From NCBI GenBank assembly GCA_965644295.1, contig CBFFRP010000297.1:1007164-1071163 (forward strand): a DNA stretch of 64,000 nt, given 5' to 3'. The position numbers were made by a program, and so were the translations under genes. Below the pieces are notes generated by a model. The model saw nothing but the letters and a program-made list of their open reading frames with translations. It had not been told where the DNA came from and did no database searches. The DNA is from Paraphysomonas bandaiensis. Its lineage: Eukaryota > Protista > Chrysophyceae. This document shows positions 13,036 to 26,350 of this stretch, in pieces; within the stretch, counting starts at the first letter, position 1, and each line of letters starts with the position of its first letter.

Positions 13036-16000
13036 TTACAGCATTCCACAATCACAACCATTACTAGATATATATCTATTCACAAAGTCTGATAACAATT
13101 TTTTGTGAGATGCTGCATCCAACACATCAGTCTCTTCAGTAAGCTTGGGAATAATTTTCTGCTGAATAATATTCAGGACGGCAATGAAATACTCTTTGCA
13201 GACAGTCGTCATTGCTGGTGCAACAGCACGAAGAAAAATATCCAATAACTTTGCAGTAGGTTGTGGAGGAGCAGAAGTTAACCTTTATATTCATCGTGGG
13301 CACAAAATAGAGTATTAATAATGCCATACCTTAAGCAGAAATTGACCACTCTGGATAGCCATCTCCACCCATCGTCTAGAGAGAGAGGATAGTCACCTGG
13401 CTGTGCCACTACACTAGCATATACCGCCAAGATATTGCTCATTCGTTTCAGCCAACTGTCAGTGGATTCCCACACCTCCGCACCATCGCCGCTCTAAAAA
13501 GTAATTAATGCCAAATTAGTATGAAGGACAGCCTTCTTACTTTCTTTTTTGTGAACCCCATGCTCATTTTGTACTCATCGCCGGACCCGCCATCTGCCAC
13601 CAGTTGTGGAATAGTAAAAGGGCAACTCGCATAAAACTGCATTAAAAATAGTTCTGATGTATTCGGGAACTGTGTGCATATCCCTGATATAACAACGGCC
13701 AATGGCTCCACAGATTTCACAACAAAGCTGGTGGTCTGGCAGTAAACGATGCAATTCTTGGCTATCGTGTAGAGAGTGTACCTCAGCATTGCATCATCAT
13801 CAAGATCTTTAGCTCTAATTATCTTGCCGCATAAGCTGCATGGTTATATCAGTGCGAGCATATTTGCAACTACTTCATACACATACTTATCCACTGCTTT
13901 TTCTTGACTGCTCTTCTCAGTCCCTAGTTGGTTGAGGGCTTTTCTATCTTTAATTCCAATTTGCCTACTAAGAGTGTACATTCTCTCGGACTTGTCATTG
14001 CTTAACCTCTCCGCCTCGGCCTTGAGAGCTGCTAAGGATCTACGCATATGTAAACACCGAGAAACCCAAAATATACTTAGCTATACCTGATGACAACTTT
14101 TGCATGAATACAGTGGGAATCCTGCCCCTTGAACAATGCACAAGGAATTTGATGTGTTCGAACAATATTAGTCAACATATTGCGTAAGTCGGTGGCCTCA
14201 AGGTGCGTAGGATCACTCACCGCCTCTAGCACAGTGCAAGGGAGAGCTTCTACAATGGTGCTCAGCATCTCCACGAACTGCCTTCCAAAAGTCACTACGA
14301 GGGTTTCCCCTGCTATGCGTAAGAAAGCTCGCAGACATCCACACACTTCTCGCAAATATCTCTTATCTGTCGCACTAGATGGGGAATCACTAGACCCCAA
14401 ACGGGAAGCAAATTTCGAAACCAATAACCCACAGCGCAATACCCATGTCCACCCCGCCTTAAGATCCACATACTTCGGTGTTCCGGTGCTACTCATTTGG
14501 CAGGCCAAAAGCATGACCACACGTTTCCTTTCTTGTGGACTCTTAGCGCGTGGTATGTTATTCTTAATCGGGGTGTGCACCGGGAATGGAATGGACCACA
14601 TGCAACTATTGCACACCAATGCATGAAATGTACGACCTGCAACAGTTCCCGCCATTCGGCACACAGCACAAGCAATGTGGCCCAACATAAGCACCGTCTC
14701 CTCATGGTCCGAACGCATTACCTCGCCGACAACGGCACTGAGTATGCCCCGAATAACATTTTGCTGATGACCTGACACGACAGCACTAAGAGTTTTCTCC
14801 ATGAAGCAAATATCATCCACCAAACGTGCGCTCGTTCTTTCTTCGGGGCAAAGAGTAGCTAACGAGCGAATTCTCTCCTGGCACTCTTGAACTGTCTCCA
14901 ATATAGTCTCATCTTCCTTCTCTTCCTCCGGAGCACAGGTAGAGTATAACCATTCTATATGTTCTATTGCCTCGCGCACATACGCTGGAACAGGTTCTTC
15001 AAGAAACTCAAAATCATTAGAGTCGATATTACGGCCTCCTGACACCTTCGTGGCTTTCGCTTTCGAGAGATCTGCACAAACCTTTTCTGCTTCGGTGACA
15101 GCTTGGTCCAACTGCTTTACCCGCTCTTCACCACCATTCCTCAGTCGGCCTAATAAAGAATCATCTTTAACCATTTTGCTGAACGCACACACTTCTGCAA
15201 GGCGGTCGTTGAGTTGTAAATCATCCTGCGCCAATATAATGCGCAACTCCGCGTTTCTCTCTTCTGTGGAAATTAATAGCCGCTCACACTTCTTTAAAAG
15301 CATTTCTGTATGCTCCACTACCGTTCGTTCGTTCTCAGAGAGGGGGCGTCGTTTGTGGTCCTCGAGTACTGTGTTAAGAGTTTCCTTTAGTTTTGGCAAA
15401 GAAATAGGAGAGGTGGAATTGTTTGACACCATGTCGACCAAGAAACGCAGCGATGCCTCGCGGAGCTTATCGCTCTTTCTATGTGCTGCTTCCACCTCTC
15501 CTAACTTCCGCAACCGAGCGCGCTGTGAAATTTCTTCCTGACGCATTCTATCTATACAATCTTCCTCAAACTTTCCCATACTTTCATCAAAATCAGCTGC
15601 CTAATATATACAGTCAAGGGATTCCCGATATATAAACAGACAACGCAGTACCTTCTTGGCGACACTTGAGAGGAAGGCTTTATATTTCGTAAATTCCGGC
15701 CAAGAAGACGTCGTATCCACGCGAGGGGAAGCAAATACAGCGGGGGGAGGAGTCAACGGTGAGCGGGCGCCTATACCTCCGCTAGGTGAAGAAAGTTTCA
15801 ATGGAGTCCTGCGATATAACACAGTAAGTAAGACAGATCGCACGACAGTTTGGGTTCTTGCCGTTGAGGAGACCCGAGAATAGTCGGGTGGGAGTCAAAA
15901 CCATCAGCAGTGTCCGAACTACTATATTCACGCATACTTGCGTTATGGAGAGTTTCATTTTCCATAACAACCCCGTGGACCATCATGCTGCTTATGGCAG

Positions 16001-16403
16001 GAGGGATATAACGCGACACAGAGGATGTAGCTGTATAAGCACCAGACACAGTTGTAGCTGAACTAGAGCTAGACGGGGAACATGCAAATTCATTTATTGC
16101 ATGATTTGTTTCTGGTTGACTTTCTTTTAATCCTGTCTTTCGAGGGGACTCAACAGTATCACTAACAGTATCATGCCACTGCACGGTCTCATCCTCATCA
16201 TCCCCACTATCAGATGTACAATATCCATAACATCCAGGTGATGATAAACGTGATTTCAAATGAATTGATGACTCATTATATCTTTCATTATCTTGTTTAC
16301 AGTCATTAGATACATAATAAGATTTATGTGGAGTGTATTGTCGTCTAAAGCTACTGGGAATACTCACACCTAAAAGACGTGTTGATAGTATGTTATGATC
16401 CAT
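13036..16403 (-). CDS. GLE1: GLE1-like mRNA export factor, multi-exon
   Basis: Low-complexity N-terminus, coiled coil, then a GLE1-type helical domain (FYASCPFTIP, WLKRM, DGWRWLSRVVN, DIFLRAVAP) spread over ORFs 15798-16403, 15601-15843, 14077-15579, 13844-14047, 13505-13789, 13278-13475 and 13036-13245. Confidence 0.7.
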
Positions 16404-16906
16404 CTATATCTTCTTATTTACAGTGAAGAGAGTAGAGAATATCTTGATGAAATGGAAATGGAGATGATGGAGTGTGTGATGAGGTTAATGAGCTTACTAA
16501 TATATGACTCATGTGGTTATATATGTATGTATGTATACTAGAGAGAGAGAGAGAGAGATGTAAAAAAAAATTTATGTTGTAAAAAATATTTTTTTACATT
16601 TGTGTTTATATATGAATATATGGACAAAATATGTAAAAATAAGTTTGGAAAAAATATTTTGAAAGACATTTTGCATATTGCAGTACTAAAATGTGTGATA
16701 GATAAATAAGGATAAAAACATGCTATTTTTTAGGTTGTTTAGTAAGAAAATGCAGGGTTTATAGGATGGGAAATGAAGTAGGTTGTCTGCCAACACAATA
16801 CAATAAAAATCCAGATTTAAAAATATAAAATGTATAGTTTTTCAATAGTTTTTTGATAATATCAAGAGTTTTTACAGCTAAAAAAATAGATGTTCGTTAC
16901 ATTGAA

Positions 16907-17028
16907 TTTATTTCATTGAAAAGTCATCGCTTTTTCATTAAAAAGTCACTTTTTTTTCACTTTTCACTAAAAAAACGATGATTTTTCATGAACAAATCAA
17001 TAAAATCGATATGCACTACCACCCCCTG
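16907..17028 (+). repeat. Short palindromic MITE-like repeat, copy 2
   Basis: Homologous to 4628-4755 with the central segment reversed; ends in CCCCCTG. Confidence 0.7.
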
Positions 17029-17269
17029 TACATAACATACGTATATATGTATATATAGATAAGCAAGCTGTCCACTCTTACCTTAACAGAACATACTCAT
17101 ATATATATACACAGTACTCATCCTCATCTTTACAATCAACTTCGAATCAATCTCTTTATTACTATAAATCCCTCTAAGTAATTCATACTGATCTCTTAAT
17201 ACACACACACACTCAATACACACACTCTCATACACATACACATACATATACATACATACATATCTAATC

Positions 17270-20036
17270 ATGGAATCACAATTAGGAAAATTTGATCGTG
17301 ATCGTGAATTAAATCAAATATTTGATCATAATGATAATCCAAAAATGAAAGCAGTTGATAGAGAATTAAGAAGAAAACAAAAATGGTTATCAGAATTAAT
17401 TAAATTTAAACGTATGGATTTTGAAGGGAATGTACCGAAAGGATGTGAATGGAAAGTTATGAGAAGAAAAGTTAATAAAAGATTTATACAAGATTTAGTT
17501 AATAGATGTCCTATACCATGTACAATTGATTATGTATATGATAATCATGGTGTTGCTCATTGGTTTGATGATTTATTAATGACTGCTCAACCAGAACCTG
17601 CATTTTATGTGATTACACCACAAGTTATTAGAGGCTCTGAAGATATATTGTTGGATCCAACCTATCAGGGACAGACATCTTTTATAATGAAGTATGTTCC
17701 TCTTGTGGCCAAAGACGGGGTTACTCCTGTTACAGCAGATGTACTACGGGAATATCTATTTTTGGCAATATCTGAGGAAGACCCAGTTACCTTAAAAATC
17801 CAAAAAAGTATGGAAGATATACAGAAAGAAATAGCAGACATCACTAAAGTTATCAAGCGCATTCCGAAGCAAGAGATTCGGGATCATGATAACAAGTTGG
17901 TGTCACAAGAGGAGGCCGATGAGGAACGTGAGATCATGTACAAAATGTACGGTCAAGCAAAGTATGAAATTGAGTTGCGGTACAAGAAGCGCGAACAGGA
18001 TTTAAGGGATCATGAAAATTGGCGTAGGAGGATGGGACTTGATGTGGTTCAGAGTGAGGTAGACGCAAACACAGAAACGGCTGTGTGGGAGGTGCGTTTG
18101 TTTGGTACAGAAGACGCCAGTGCAATGGAGGACATGTTAATTGCCAAGGACGACTGGCAGGGTATAAAACTGGCATGCGGAAGTGATGATCCACCACTTC
18201 CACCTTGGGCAGGTATTCTACTAAGTGTATAGTGTCAACTCTTGAACAGTTAGTTATATTCATCATGGACAATTCTCTACACGATTTTTGTATATATGAA
18301 TTGGTCGATGTTGATAGTTACCGCTGTATTCTCACGATTGTATACAGGTCGAGGTGCTGTACCTGATGGTTCTAAGCCCTTCCTTCCCGATTACACGGAG
18401 CTACTGGTAAATATATCTGGCGTGCGTATATTGCGCGTCCCACATGGCGTTGGCACCCACAAGAAGTTGGACAGCCAAACGGCCAGTATACGTGCGGATC
18501 GTTTCGGAGTGTACTACGGAGACTGGAGTTTGGGCAAAAAGACAGGTCATGGGATAGAAATTAACGATTCAGGCGTTTACTGTGGACGATTTGTGGAAGA
18601 CAGACGGGATGGCTATGCTCAATGGGATTTGGCTAACGGCACAACAGTTAAAGCACAAATGAAGGTCGAACAGGCGCTCCCAGCCCCCATCGTTACAGCA
18701 GGATTTGAAAACCCCTACTATGATGGACTTCCAACTGGAGACAACGTGGAAATACTTTTTGCGGGTAAGTACTTACTAAGGTCCATGGATGTCACGCTGC
18801 TATGTGCATTTTTTACATCTGGTGCTTGATACTACTGTGTTAGATGGGGGTATATATCGCGGACAGATGAAGAATGGTCTTATCACTGGAATTGGAGTTT
18901 ATGAAAGTGCCTTTGGCGAAACCTTTGCTGGCGAGTTTAAAGACGGGATTATGGAGTGTGAGATTGGAAAAGTTACTACTCATGCGGGGGAGACGTATAT
19001 TGGACGGTGGAGTAATGGTGAACTCAATGGAAAAGGGGCTTACGAAGACGAGAAAGGGAATCGTTACAAGGGGTATTGGCGGGACTCTCTAAAACACGGT
19101 CGCGGATATGAAACTACCAAAGGGAAAGGGTTGTACAAAGGTTATTTCTTGGCAGGCTTGAAGCATGGAAAAGGTGAACTAGACTTTGTGAAGCGTAAGA
19201 AAGTGAGAAATCCTGTTCAAGATGTGGATCAAGAGGCAAGTGATACAGCTAAATCAGAAGGTGAAAAGAAAATAAGCGAGAAAAAAGATCCCCGTGGTGC
19301 TATTAGTAATCACAAGACAGAGCACGCGGCTGATCAGGCTGCATCACAATTTAAATATCGCTATCAAGGGTATTTCTTCGGAGATTTTATTGCTAATGGT
19401 GGAATTATCATGGACACCATGATACAGACACCATATTGCGTTTCGAAACGTGACACCACACGAACGGATAAACTGAAGGCTTATAAAGATTCTCTTGACA
19501 AGTCTGCCAAGCGAAAGACCCGTATGAATGAGAAATCAAACGACATGGAAAAGCATATACGGCTCGAAATGTTAAAAAAGAAGAATAGAATATTTCGTCA
19601 ACAGAGACACTATCTCAAGAAGACAATGTATTTTGAGGATCAGTATGGACTGGACCCTCAATTACTCGAGGCGCGACAGCGGGTGCGCGAAAATCGTTTG
19701 AAAAAAGTGAGTGAGGATTACCTCAAATCCACTCGAGCTCGCATTCCACGCTTACAGGTGAAGGATGTTGGAAGTATACCCACGAATCACCTTCAGAGAG
19801 CTTTTAACAATATTGTACCCGTTGATGCGGACGACGAACAGGTTCACGCCGAAACTGATGCAAAGTACAAGTACGATGCTGGTTACGTTGACGACATGCT
19901 TGCGAAAATCGTTGTATCTGACTTTGAGGAAACTAAAGAAAGACAGAATATGATGAAGTATGATCGTATTTGGGAGCGGGCTGAAGCGGCATATGTAGAG
20001 AGGAAGAAGAAAAGTAATGCTGCTCGTGGTTTGTAA
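17270..20036 (+). CDS. MORN-repeat protein, 3 exons (introns ~18213-18347 and ~18765-18843)
   Basis: Many YxGxW/FxxGxxxGxG repeats (YYGDWSLGKKTGHG, YIGRWSNGELNGKG, YKGYWRDSLKHGRG); GT-AG junctions link the three ORFs. Confidence 0.85.
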
Positions 20037-20962
20037 ATATATCTAGTAGAATGTTAACTTGTTGTATCGATATTTTGATGTAGTGCTAAAGTATGGTGAA
20101 ATACTTTCTATTCATTGAAGATGTTAACTTCTGTATTTTCTATTTTCAAATGTGGGCTTTTATTATTTTTCCTACCTATTTTTAGTAGATAGCCTATGGA
20201 ACCTAACAAATTAGTACACTGCCTACCTATCAATGAAATGGCACATCATACATCACCTACCTATGTATAAATTAATCATGCCCACCACTCCACACTTAAT
20301 CAGCACTCATCAAGGCTACATCAAAACTAAAAGTATCATCACAGCAGCACAGTTGTACACAGCCAGTAGATATGAACAAGAACAACCATATGCAATAGGC
20401 TACCATACAAGCAGGATGATAGCTGGATATATACTTACTAGTACTCCTTCTCATTGAAATGTGCCCAAGTGAGGAACTGTGAGCAGCGTTTGCACATGAA
20501 ATATTATCGCCGGGATTCTGGAAGGACAACTCCGTCTATATTCACAATGAGGCTATAGTTGTTTTCGTCATGTCGCCACGCATCACAACACAAAAAACTA
20601 AACTGTTAATTTCAACTCAAATGAAATGTGTCACTTCATTTAGCTACTTTGGACAACATTTTCGTCTCGATTCTATATTCTATACTGCTCTAAAGAGCGC
20701 GCATAAAAAGCAATACGACAAGAAAACAACGGCGACATTGATATTAAAAATGGCTTAATTTCTACTTTAGAAAAATACAGCCATTATAAATAAGCAAAGA
20801 TGCAAACAAACTAATAATGTATCCAAATAAAACTTAGCTAAGCTACTGCAGACTAAACTATAATCTTGAAACATCACCTATTTCACATCGTATCGTACGT
20901 GATATGCAGCACGATCTACTCAACCGTTTTAAAAAATCTAGGTATAGCTTTCAGCGTGTATA

Positions 20963-21775
20963 TCATTTTGTTGCCCATGCTGTAAAACTATCGGTTTTGA
21001 GTTCCGAGGTGTTCCATCTGGAGGATGAACCTTTTGGTGTCGGAAATCCATCTCCGAACAACCAAGTCGTGCCTTTCTCCTCGCAAGTTTCCGGCAGGAC
21101 TTTCATAAACCTCCTAAGTTTGTTTCTTTGATGAATGTGTATGTCTGTCGATGCTTCAATAATATTCTCACTGCATACCATGCCTCTATATTTGCCCGGG
21201 ATAGAACGAATTAATTTAATCGCTTCCTTCTTGCACGTAAATATCCGTAGCCGTAGTAGGCTTTTCAACAGAGTTTTAACATGGACTCCATAGTCATCTT
21301 CACGTCTCATTAAAAGTTGAAAACTCTTTCTAAAGGCTTCGTAATCTTCCTCCTTGAACGAGGTATTGTATACTACTCCACGTGCTTTTGATGCTGTTAT
21401 TAAATCTTCTCGTAAACTCTTTGTTTGATATGATTTACAATCTCTTAATCCTCCTCCACGTGGTCTCCAATAACGTCCTTGTTGCATATACATTTTATTA
21501 TAAAATGTTAACGAGGATGGTTCCACAAGATCTCCTTTTGCCCCTCTACGTGTCCGTCCAATAATCGGTTTCATTACTGTAGCTATTGTTCTCATAGATG
21601 AGAGACGTGTACGTTTATTACTATCATCTAATTGTGTGGTTATATGATGAGGTGATATGGGCTGTATAGTCTCTGATTTCTTACTATGAATAGTCTTATG
21701 AGGGGTGTGGGAGGAGGGGGGGGTAGGGTGTATAGAGGGGGAATCACCACTAGGATGAATTCGTTTTGTATTCAT
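20963..21775 (-). CDS. Hypothetical protein with a possible degenerate EF-hand region
   Basis: 270-aa ORF; YEAFRKSFQLL..EDDYGVHVKTLLKSL resembles a helix-loop-helix pseudo-EF-hand. Confidence 0.5.
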   Translation of the reverse strand: MNTKRIHPSGDSPSIHPTPPSSHTPHKTIHSKKSETIQPISPHHITTQLDDSNKRTRLSSMRTIATVMKPIIGRTRRGAKGDLVEPSSLTFYNKMYMQQGRYWRPRGGGLRDCKSYQTKSLREDLITASKARGVVYNTSFKEEDYEAFRKSFQLLMRREDDYGVHVKTLLKSLLRLRIFTCKKEAIKLIRSIPGKYRGMVCSENIIEASTDIHIHQRNKLRRFMKVLPETCEEKGTTWLFGDGFPTPKGSSSRWNTSELKTDSFTAWATK

Positions 21776-21909
21776 TAATATATGAGTTTATGAGGTTATC
21801 TCATAGTGAGTGTAGTTAACATGATGACACATGCGTTAATATACATACACATGAACACACATACATATACATATACATGCGGTTACATCTTCCAGACCAC
21901 ACCGACACT

Positions 21910-22051
21910 CATACATACATACATACATACATACATACATACATACATACATACATACATACATACATACATACATACATACATACATACATACATACAT
22001 ACATACATACATACATACATACATACATACATACATACATACATACATACA

Positions 22052-22085
<34 letters not shown>

Positions 22086-22365
22086 CATACATACATACAT
22101 ACATACATACATACATACATACATACATACATACATACATACATACATACATACATACATACATACATACATACATACATACATACATACATACATACAT
22201 ACATACATACATACATACATACATACATACATACATACATACATACATACATACATACATACATACATACATACATACATACATACATACATACATACAT
22301 ACATACATACATACGTACACACATACCTACCTACCTACCTACCTACCTACATACATACATACATA
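21910..22365. repeat. (CATA)n microsatellite, ~450 bp, with a (CCTA)n tail
   Basis: Directly visible tetranucleotide array. Confidence 0.98.
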
Positions 22366-22783
22366 TACGGTACATACAAACATGTAGACCTTGGAGTTTT
22401 GAGTATAAAAACGTGGTTTTAATATCCAAAAACTGATATTTACGTAAAATTGCTTAGTTTTTCACCAAAGCTGTTTTTTATCAAATAAACCTGGGCTTTA
22501 TCAAATAAAAACCGGTTTTATGTCGTTTACATACTGCTGTATGTGTACAGTCAGCTTGAAACTGCCCGTATATATGTTGCTATATACAGTATGTATGTAT
22601 GTATTCATGCAGGTGTTAGAATTTAAATTCCTGTGAGTCTATTCATGTGTGTATATATACATATAGATAGACAGACAGACAGACAGACAGTGTCTGTGTA
22701 GAGGTTGGTTGTTAGTACTATCATCTCATCTCTTCTCTCCTATCATAACATACATCACTCATTACTAAACAATATCAATCATC

Positions 22784-25516
22784 ATGACAGAAGATACTCA
22801 TACCAATCAACATCCTCTTGATACCCCTGAAGATGCTTATGATACAGAGGAATCAGAGGATGAATTCATTGAAGATCCTGTTGATATTATAAAAGATTTT
22901 AGTGCCCATCCATTAATGGAAAGAGCACAAAAAGCATTAATATCTCAATTAAAAGAATCATATGAACGTGTTTCAAGTGATTTATATGATAAAGAAGAAG
23001 AAATCAAGAGATTAACGTTACATAGAGAGACTATTGGTGTTGATTTGTATAATTTACAACAACAATTAGCTAAATTACAAGTATCATTAGAAAATAATCA
23101 TAATGAATATAATAGTATTATAGATGCTAAATTACAAGAAGAAGAACTTTTACAATCTATTATTGGAAATAATAAAGAACAACAGGCAAGGTATGAAGAA
23201 CATCGTAAACAACAGACGAAATATACCTCTGAACTAGAGGCGTTGAATGAAACACTGCGACAGATTGAAGCGTATAATGAAGAAGTAAAATCTGAAATTG
23301 CGATGACACGGAGGGCAACATACAAGGCCGAACAGAGCATGCAGAGTTTAGAGAAGCACAAAACTATGCAAGATGTGTATGTCGATAAACTGTCAAAGCA
23401 GGTGAAAACTCTGCAAGAACAGATTGCTCTACATGCGGGTCAGATAGAAGCTCAAAGAAGCGAAACTACGGAGGCAAATGGTGTATTTCAAGACACTGTA
23501 CGTGAGCTTGAGTTAATTGCACATGAGAAAAAGCAACTTATGACACAGTGGAAGGCTGCACTGGCCGGCCTGAGTCGGCGTGATGAGGCTCTCGCTCAAG
23601 CATCACAGACTCTTGCAACGGCTGAACGGGCAGTCCACGACTACGACGTTGAACTCGAAACAATGAGACGAAATATTCAGAATGAGCAGGGTAAACATGA
23701 GTCGCTGGTACATGTGAAGGATAGGCTGGAAAGCGAATTGCAGTGGGTGGAGGAGAATCTGGTGAAAATCAGAGCGGAGCGTGAACAGCTACAAGAACGG
23801 TTTGGACTTTTAACTAAGTCACTTGCTCAAACTGATGGCGAGGCAAAGAAACTCAACGCAATCGCTAAAACTCTCTCAACTGACTCGGAGTCGCTGTTGC
23901 AAAATCTTCAGGTAGTTACAAGAGAGAGACAGCGCATGGAGGAGGAAATGCAAGCCGCAAAAAGCACGCATTCCAATGTGAACAAGGCAGTCGATAACTT
24001 ATTACGAAAGCAGGCCAAGATTATGAAAAGCATTCACGACTTGGAGAATGAGGGTATTGATGTGAATAATGATATTGCGAGAACCAAGGTGGATAGTCTG
24101 AATGCTGGGATGCTCAACGATCAACTCAAAGACCAGCTATGTACTCATTCGAAGGAGTTCAGTGAGAAAGAGGCGCTGATTGATAAATATCAGGTGGAGA
24201 TCCGCCAACGACACGATGAAGTCGAAAAAAAGATGTACCGAGTTGACCGACTAAATAAGAAATACGACAAGATGGTTGAAGCTAGTGGTGGTGAAGAGAA
24301 CCTCGGTCCTCTAGAGAATACAGTCAAAAATCTGGAGAAGGAGGTAGAAACTGTATCAAACGAATGCAAAGAGTTTGAGCGTGATTGGCTCAAGAGGCAA
24401 ACGGAAATGGTTGCTATCACTGCACAATCGGAAGAGATATCTGAGGCGAACCATGAGCTGCAGGCACGAGTAACTATACTGACTCAACAACAGTTAAGAC
24501 TTACGAAAGACCTGCGTGTCCTAGCGAGTGAGGTGAAAGCTGCCAGCCACAGTAATACTGATCTCCAGAAAGATGTAGCCAAGCTTAATGTACTCATTAG
24601 CCAGAATCAGGATCAGGAAGGGGCCCTTCAAAATGAGAACTACGTGCTAGAGATGGAGTGTGTAGAGGAGCTTAAGGAGATGGAGAAAGAGAGTGTTGCC
24701 CTACAAGCAACTGTGAATGAGACGAAGAGTGCTAAAGCTGCCTTACTTGATGAAATCATGGATACGGAGAGACAAGCATTATTGTGGGAAAAGAAAATTC
24801 AGCTCGACAAAGAGACAAGAGCAGCTCTGGACCCAACTGTGGGACAAGCGGAAACGCAAAATATGGAGCGTGAGATACACCGAATGGAACTACGCTTGGA
24901 CGCATTAAAGAGGGAGCAGGAGCGTTTGTCTATTGAACTGGAGAGAGCAATAAATAAACGTTCAGCGATTGCTACACGATTCAAGGGAAGCAAAAGTACT
25001 GACACTGACAAACCCGTCGCTGTAGCGAAAAAGCAGGCAACTAAGGAGCTCACTCAGGCTGGGATGAAGAAGCGCATATCAGCCCTAAAGAAAGAGGCTC
25101 GCGCGCTGTCTAATGAAACTTCGCAGTATACAGGAGCTATCGAGGAGAAGAAGGCTCAGTTTTCTGAAATGACATCTGAACTGGAACGAGTCACGACACA
25201 ACATAGCGATATGGAAGAAGAGAACCGACAACGACAAAATGAAATCAACGACCTCCTTTATCAAAAGCAACTTAATCAGGAGAGAATATCTTACCGCCAA
25301 AAGTTTGTTAAGCGTTTGCGCGAATACTCAGCGCAAGGCATTGATATTTCTCTGACTCTTCAAACACAACGCCGCTTATTAGCCGCTTCGCAAGCTCTCG
25401 ATAACGTCAAAGAAATTATAACAGATCTTACGAAATGTAGTCCGCATTTAACTGATGTATTGGATCGAGTAATGGCAATGACTGATCCTGGTATTGACAT
25501 AGGAGGAGAAAGTTAA
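22784..25516 (+). CDS. CCDC40: Coiled-coil domain-containing protein 40 (axonemal 96-nm ruler, FAP172-like)
   Basis: 910-aa coiled-coil protein with family-type segments HPLMERAQKAL..QL, RE.IGV.LY.LQQQLA and LLWEKKIQL.KE...ALDP..G..E...MEREIHRMELR. Confidence 0.85.
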   Translation: MTEDTHTNQHPLDTPEDAYDTEESEDEFIEDPVDIIKDFSAHPLMERAQKALISQLKESYERVSSDLYDKEEEIKRLTLHRETIGVDLYNLQQQLAKLQVSLENNHNEYNSIIDAKLQEEELLQSIIGNNKEQQARYEEHRKQQTKYTSELEALNETLRQIEAYNEEVKSEIAMTRRATYKAEQSMQSLEKHKTMQDVYVDKLSKQVKTLQEQIALHAGQIEAQRSETTEANGVFQDTVRELELIAHEKKQLMTQWKAALAGLSRRDEALAQASQTLATAERAVHDYDVELETMRRNIQNEQGKHESLVHVKDRLESELQWVEENLVKIRAEREQLQERFGLLTKSLAQTDGEAKKLNAIAKTLSTDSESLLQNLQVVTRERQRMEEEMQAAKSTHSNVNKAVDNLLRKQAKIMKSIHDLENEGIDVNNDIARTKVDSLNAGMLNDQLKDQLCTHSKEFSEKEALIDKYQVEIRQRHDEVEKKMYRVDRLNKKYDKMVEASGGEENLGPLENTVKNLEKEVETVSNECKEFERDWLKRQTEMVAITAQSEEISEANHELQARVTILTQQQLRLTKDLRVLASEVKAASHSNTDLQKDVAKLNVLISQNQDQEGALQNENYVLEMECVEELKEMEKESVALQATVNETKSAKAALLDEIMDTERQALLWEKKIQLDKETRAALDPTVGQAETQNMEREIHRMELRLDALKREQERLSIELERAINKRSAIATRFKGSKSTDTDKPVAVAKKQATKELTQAGMKKRISALKKEARALSNETSQYTGAIEEKKAQFSEMTSELERVTTQHSDMEEENRQRQNEINDLLYQKQLNQERISYRQKFVKRLREYSAQGIDISLTLQTQRRLLAASQALDNVKEIITDLTKCSPHLTDVLDRVMAMTDPGIDIGGES

Positions 25517-25969
25517 TATAGAATCTCGATATTTGTGCTCATGTTTTTGTATACATGAGCGACGGGGTTTTGTGCTGAATCCTTCTCAGTAACGGTGTCG
25601 TACTTCGTAAATAATTTTCAATAGACTTTTACATATCTGTTTATTGTGATTTTCATGAGGTAGTTTCTGGGAATCTGAGTTGGAAATACGACTACGTAAA
25701 ACACTTGTGGTGCACTTATATCATCTAATATATATAGTCGCCAGCCTTTACTACAACATAAATAGCAGGATGATATTTTCACTCCCATAATATTGTAGCT
25801 ATACATTGCTTCTGACCATTGCAATCAACAAACAAATGACATTAAACCGTCAGAAATCATAATATATTAAAACACGAAAATAGTCCCTTTTGACGACTGC
25901 TGATTCCATACTGAAAAAAGTGCACCTCATAACGTTGATCTGACACCCTCAACAAAGTCGGACCTTTTC

Positions 25970-26350
25970 TTACCGGATAAACCTCGGAGATATTTCTCCG
26001 GGAAACTAACTTGTGCCGCATATGTAGTCAGCAGATATAGTTCTGCCTACTCATAGCCAAATTCTTGTATAGACGTCTTGGAGCCTTGAAGGATAAACAG
26101 GTATCCGGGAATGAGACCACCTCAAGGGAATCCGGGTGTTGGGCTGCTTGTTGAAGTCAGGCATCCGGGTTGTTCACATTAAGGTATTGTTATGCCCACT
26201 CATAGCCTACTAATGCTTGTGTGATACAAGGGACACTAATAAGTGCCACTTGTATAGTTGTCTTTGGGCCTTGACGTATAAACAGGCATCCGGGAATGGC
26301 ATTCGGGGTATTGGACTGCTTGCTGAAGTCAAGCATCCGGGTTGTTCACC
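25970..26350 (-). repeat. Dispersed repeat, copy 2 (internally duplicated)
   Basis: Reverse complement of 3720-3970; the GCATCCGGGTTGTTCAC block occurs twice (~26160 and ~26335). Confidence 0.7.

Noticed and set aside
14180-15883. Plus-strand ORFs overlapping GLE1, and similar antisense ORFs in pol, CCDC40 and viral genes
   Set aside because: Shadow frames of real genes, with no motifs of their own.
21806-22422. Long HTYI/MYVC ORFs on both strands
   Set aside because: Translations of the (CATA)n microsatellite; the same applies to 38248-39049.
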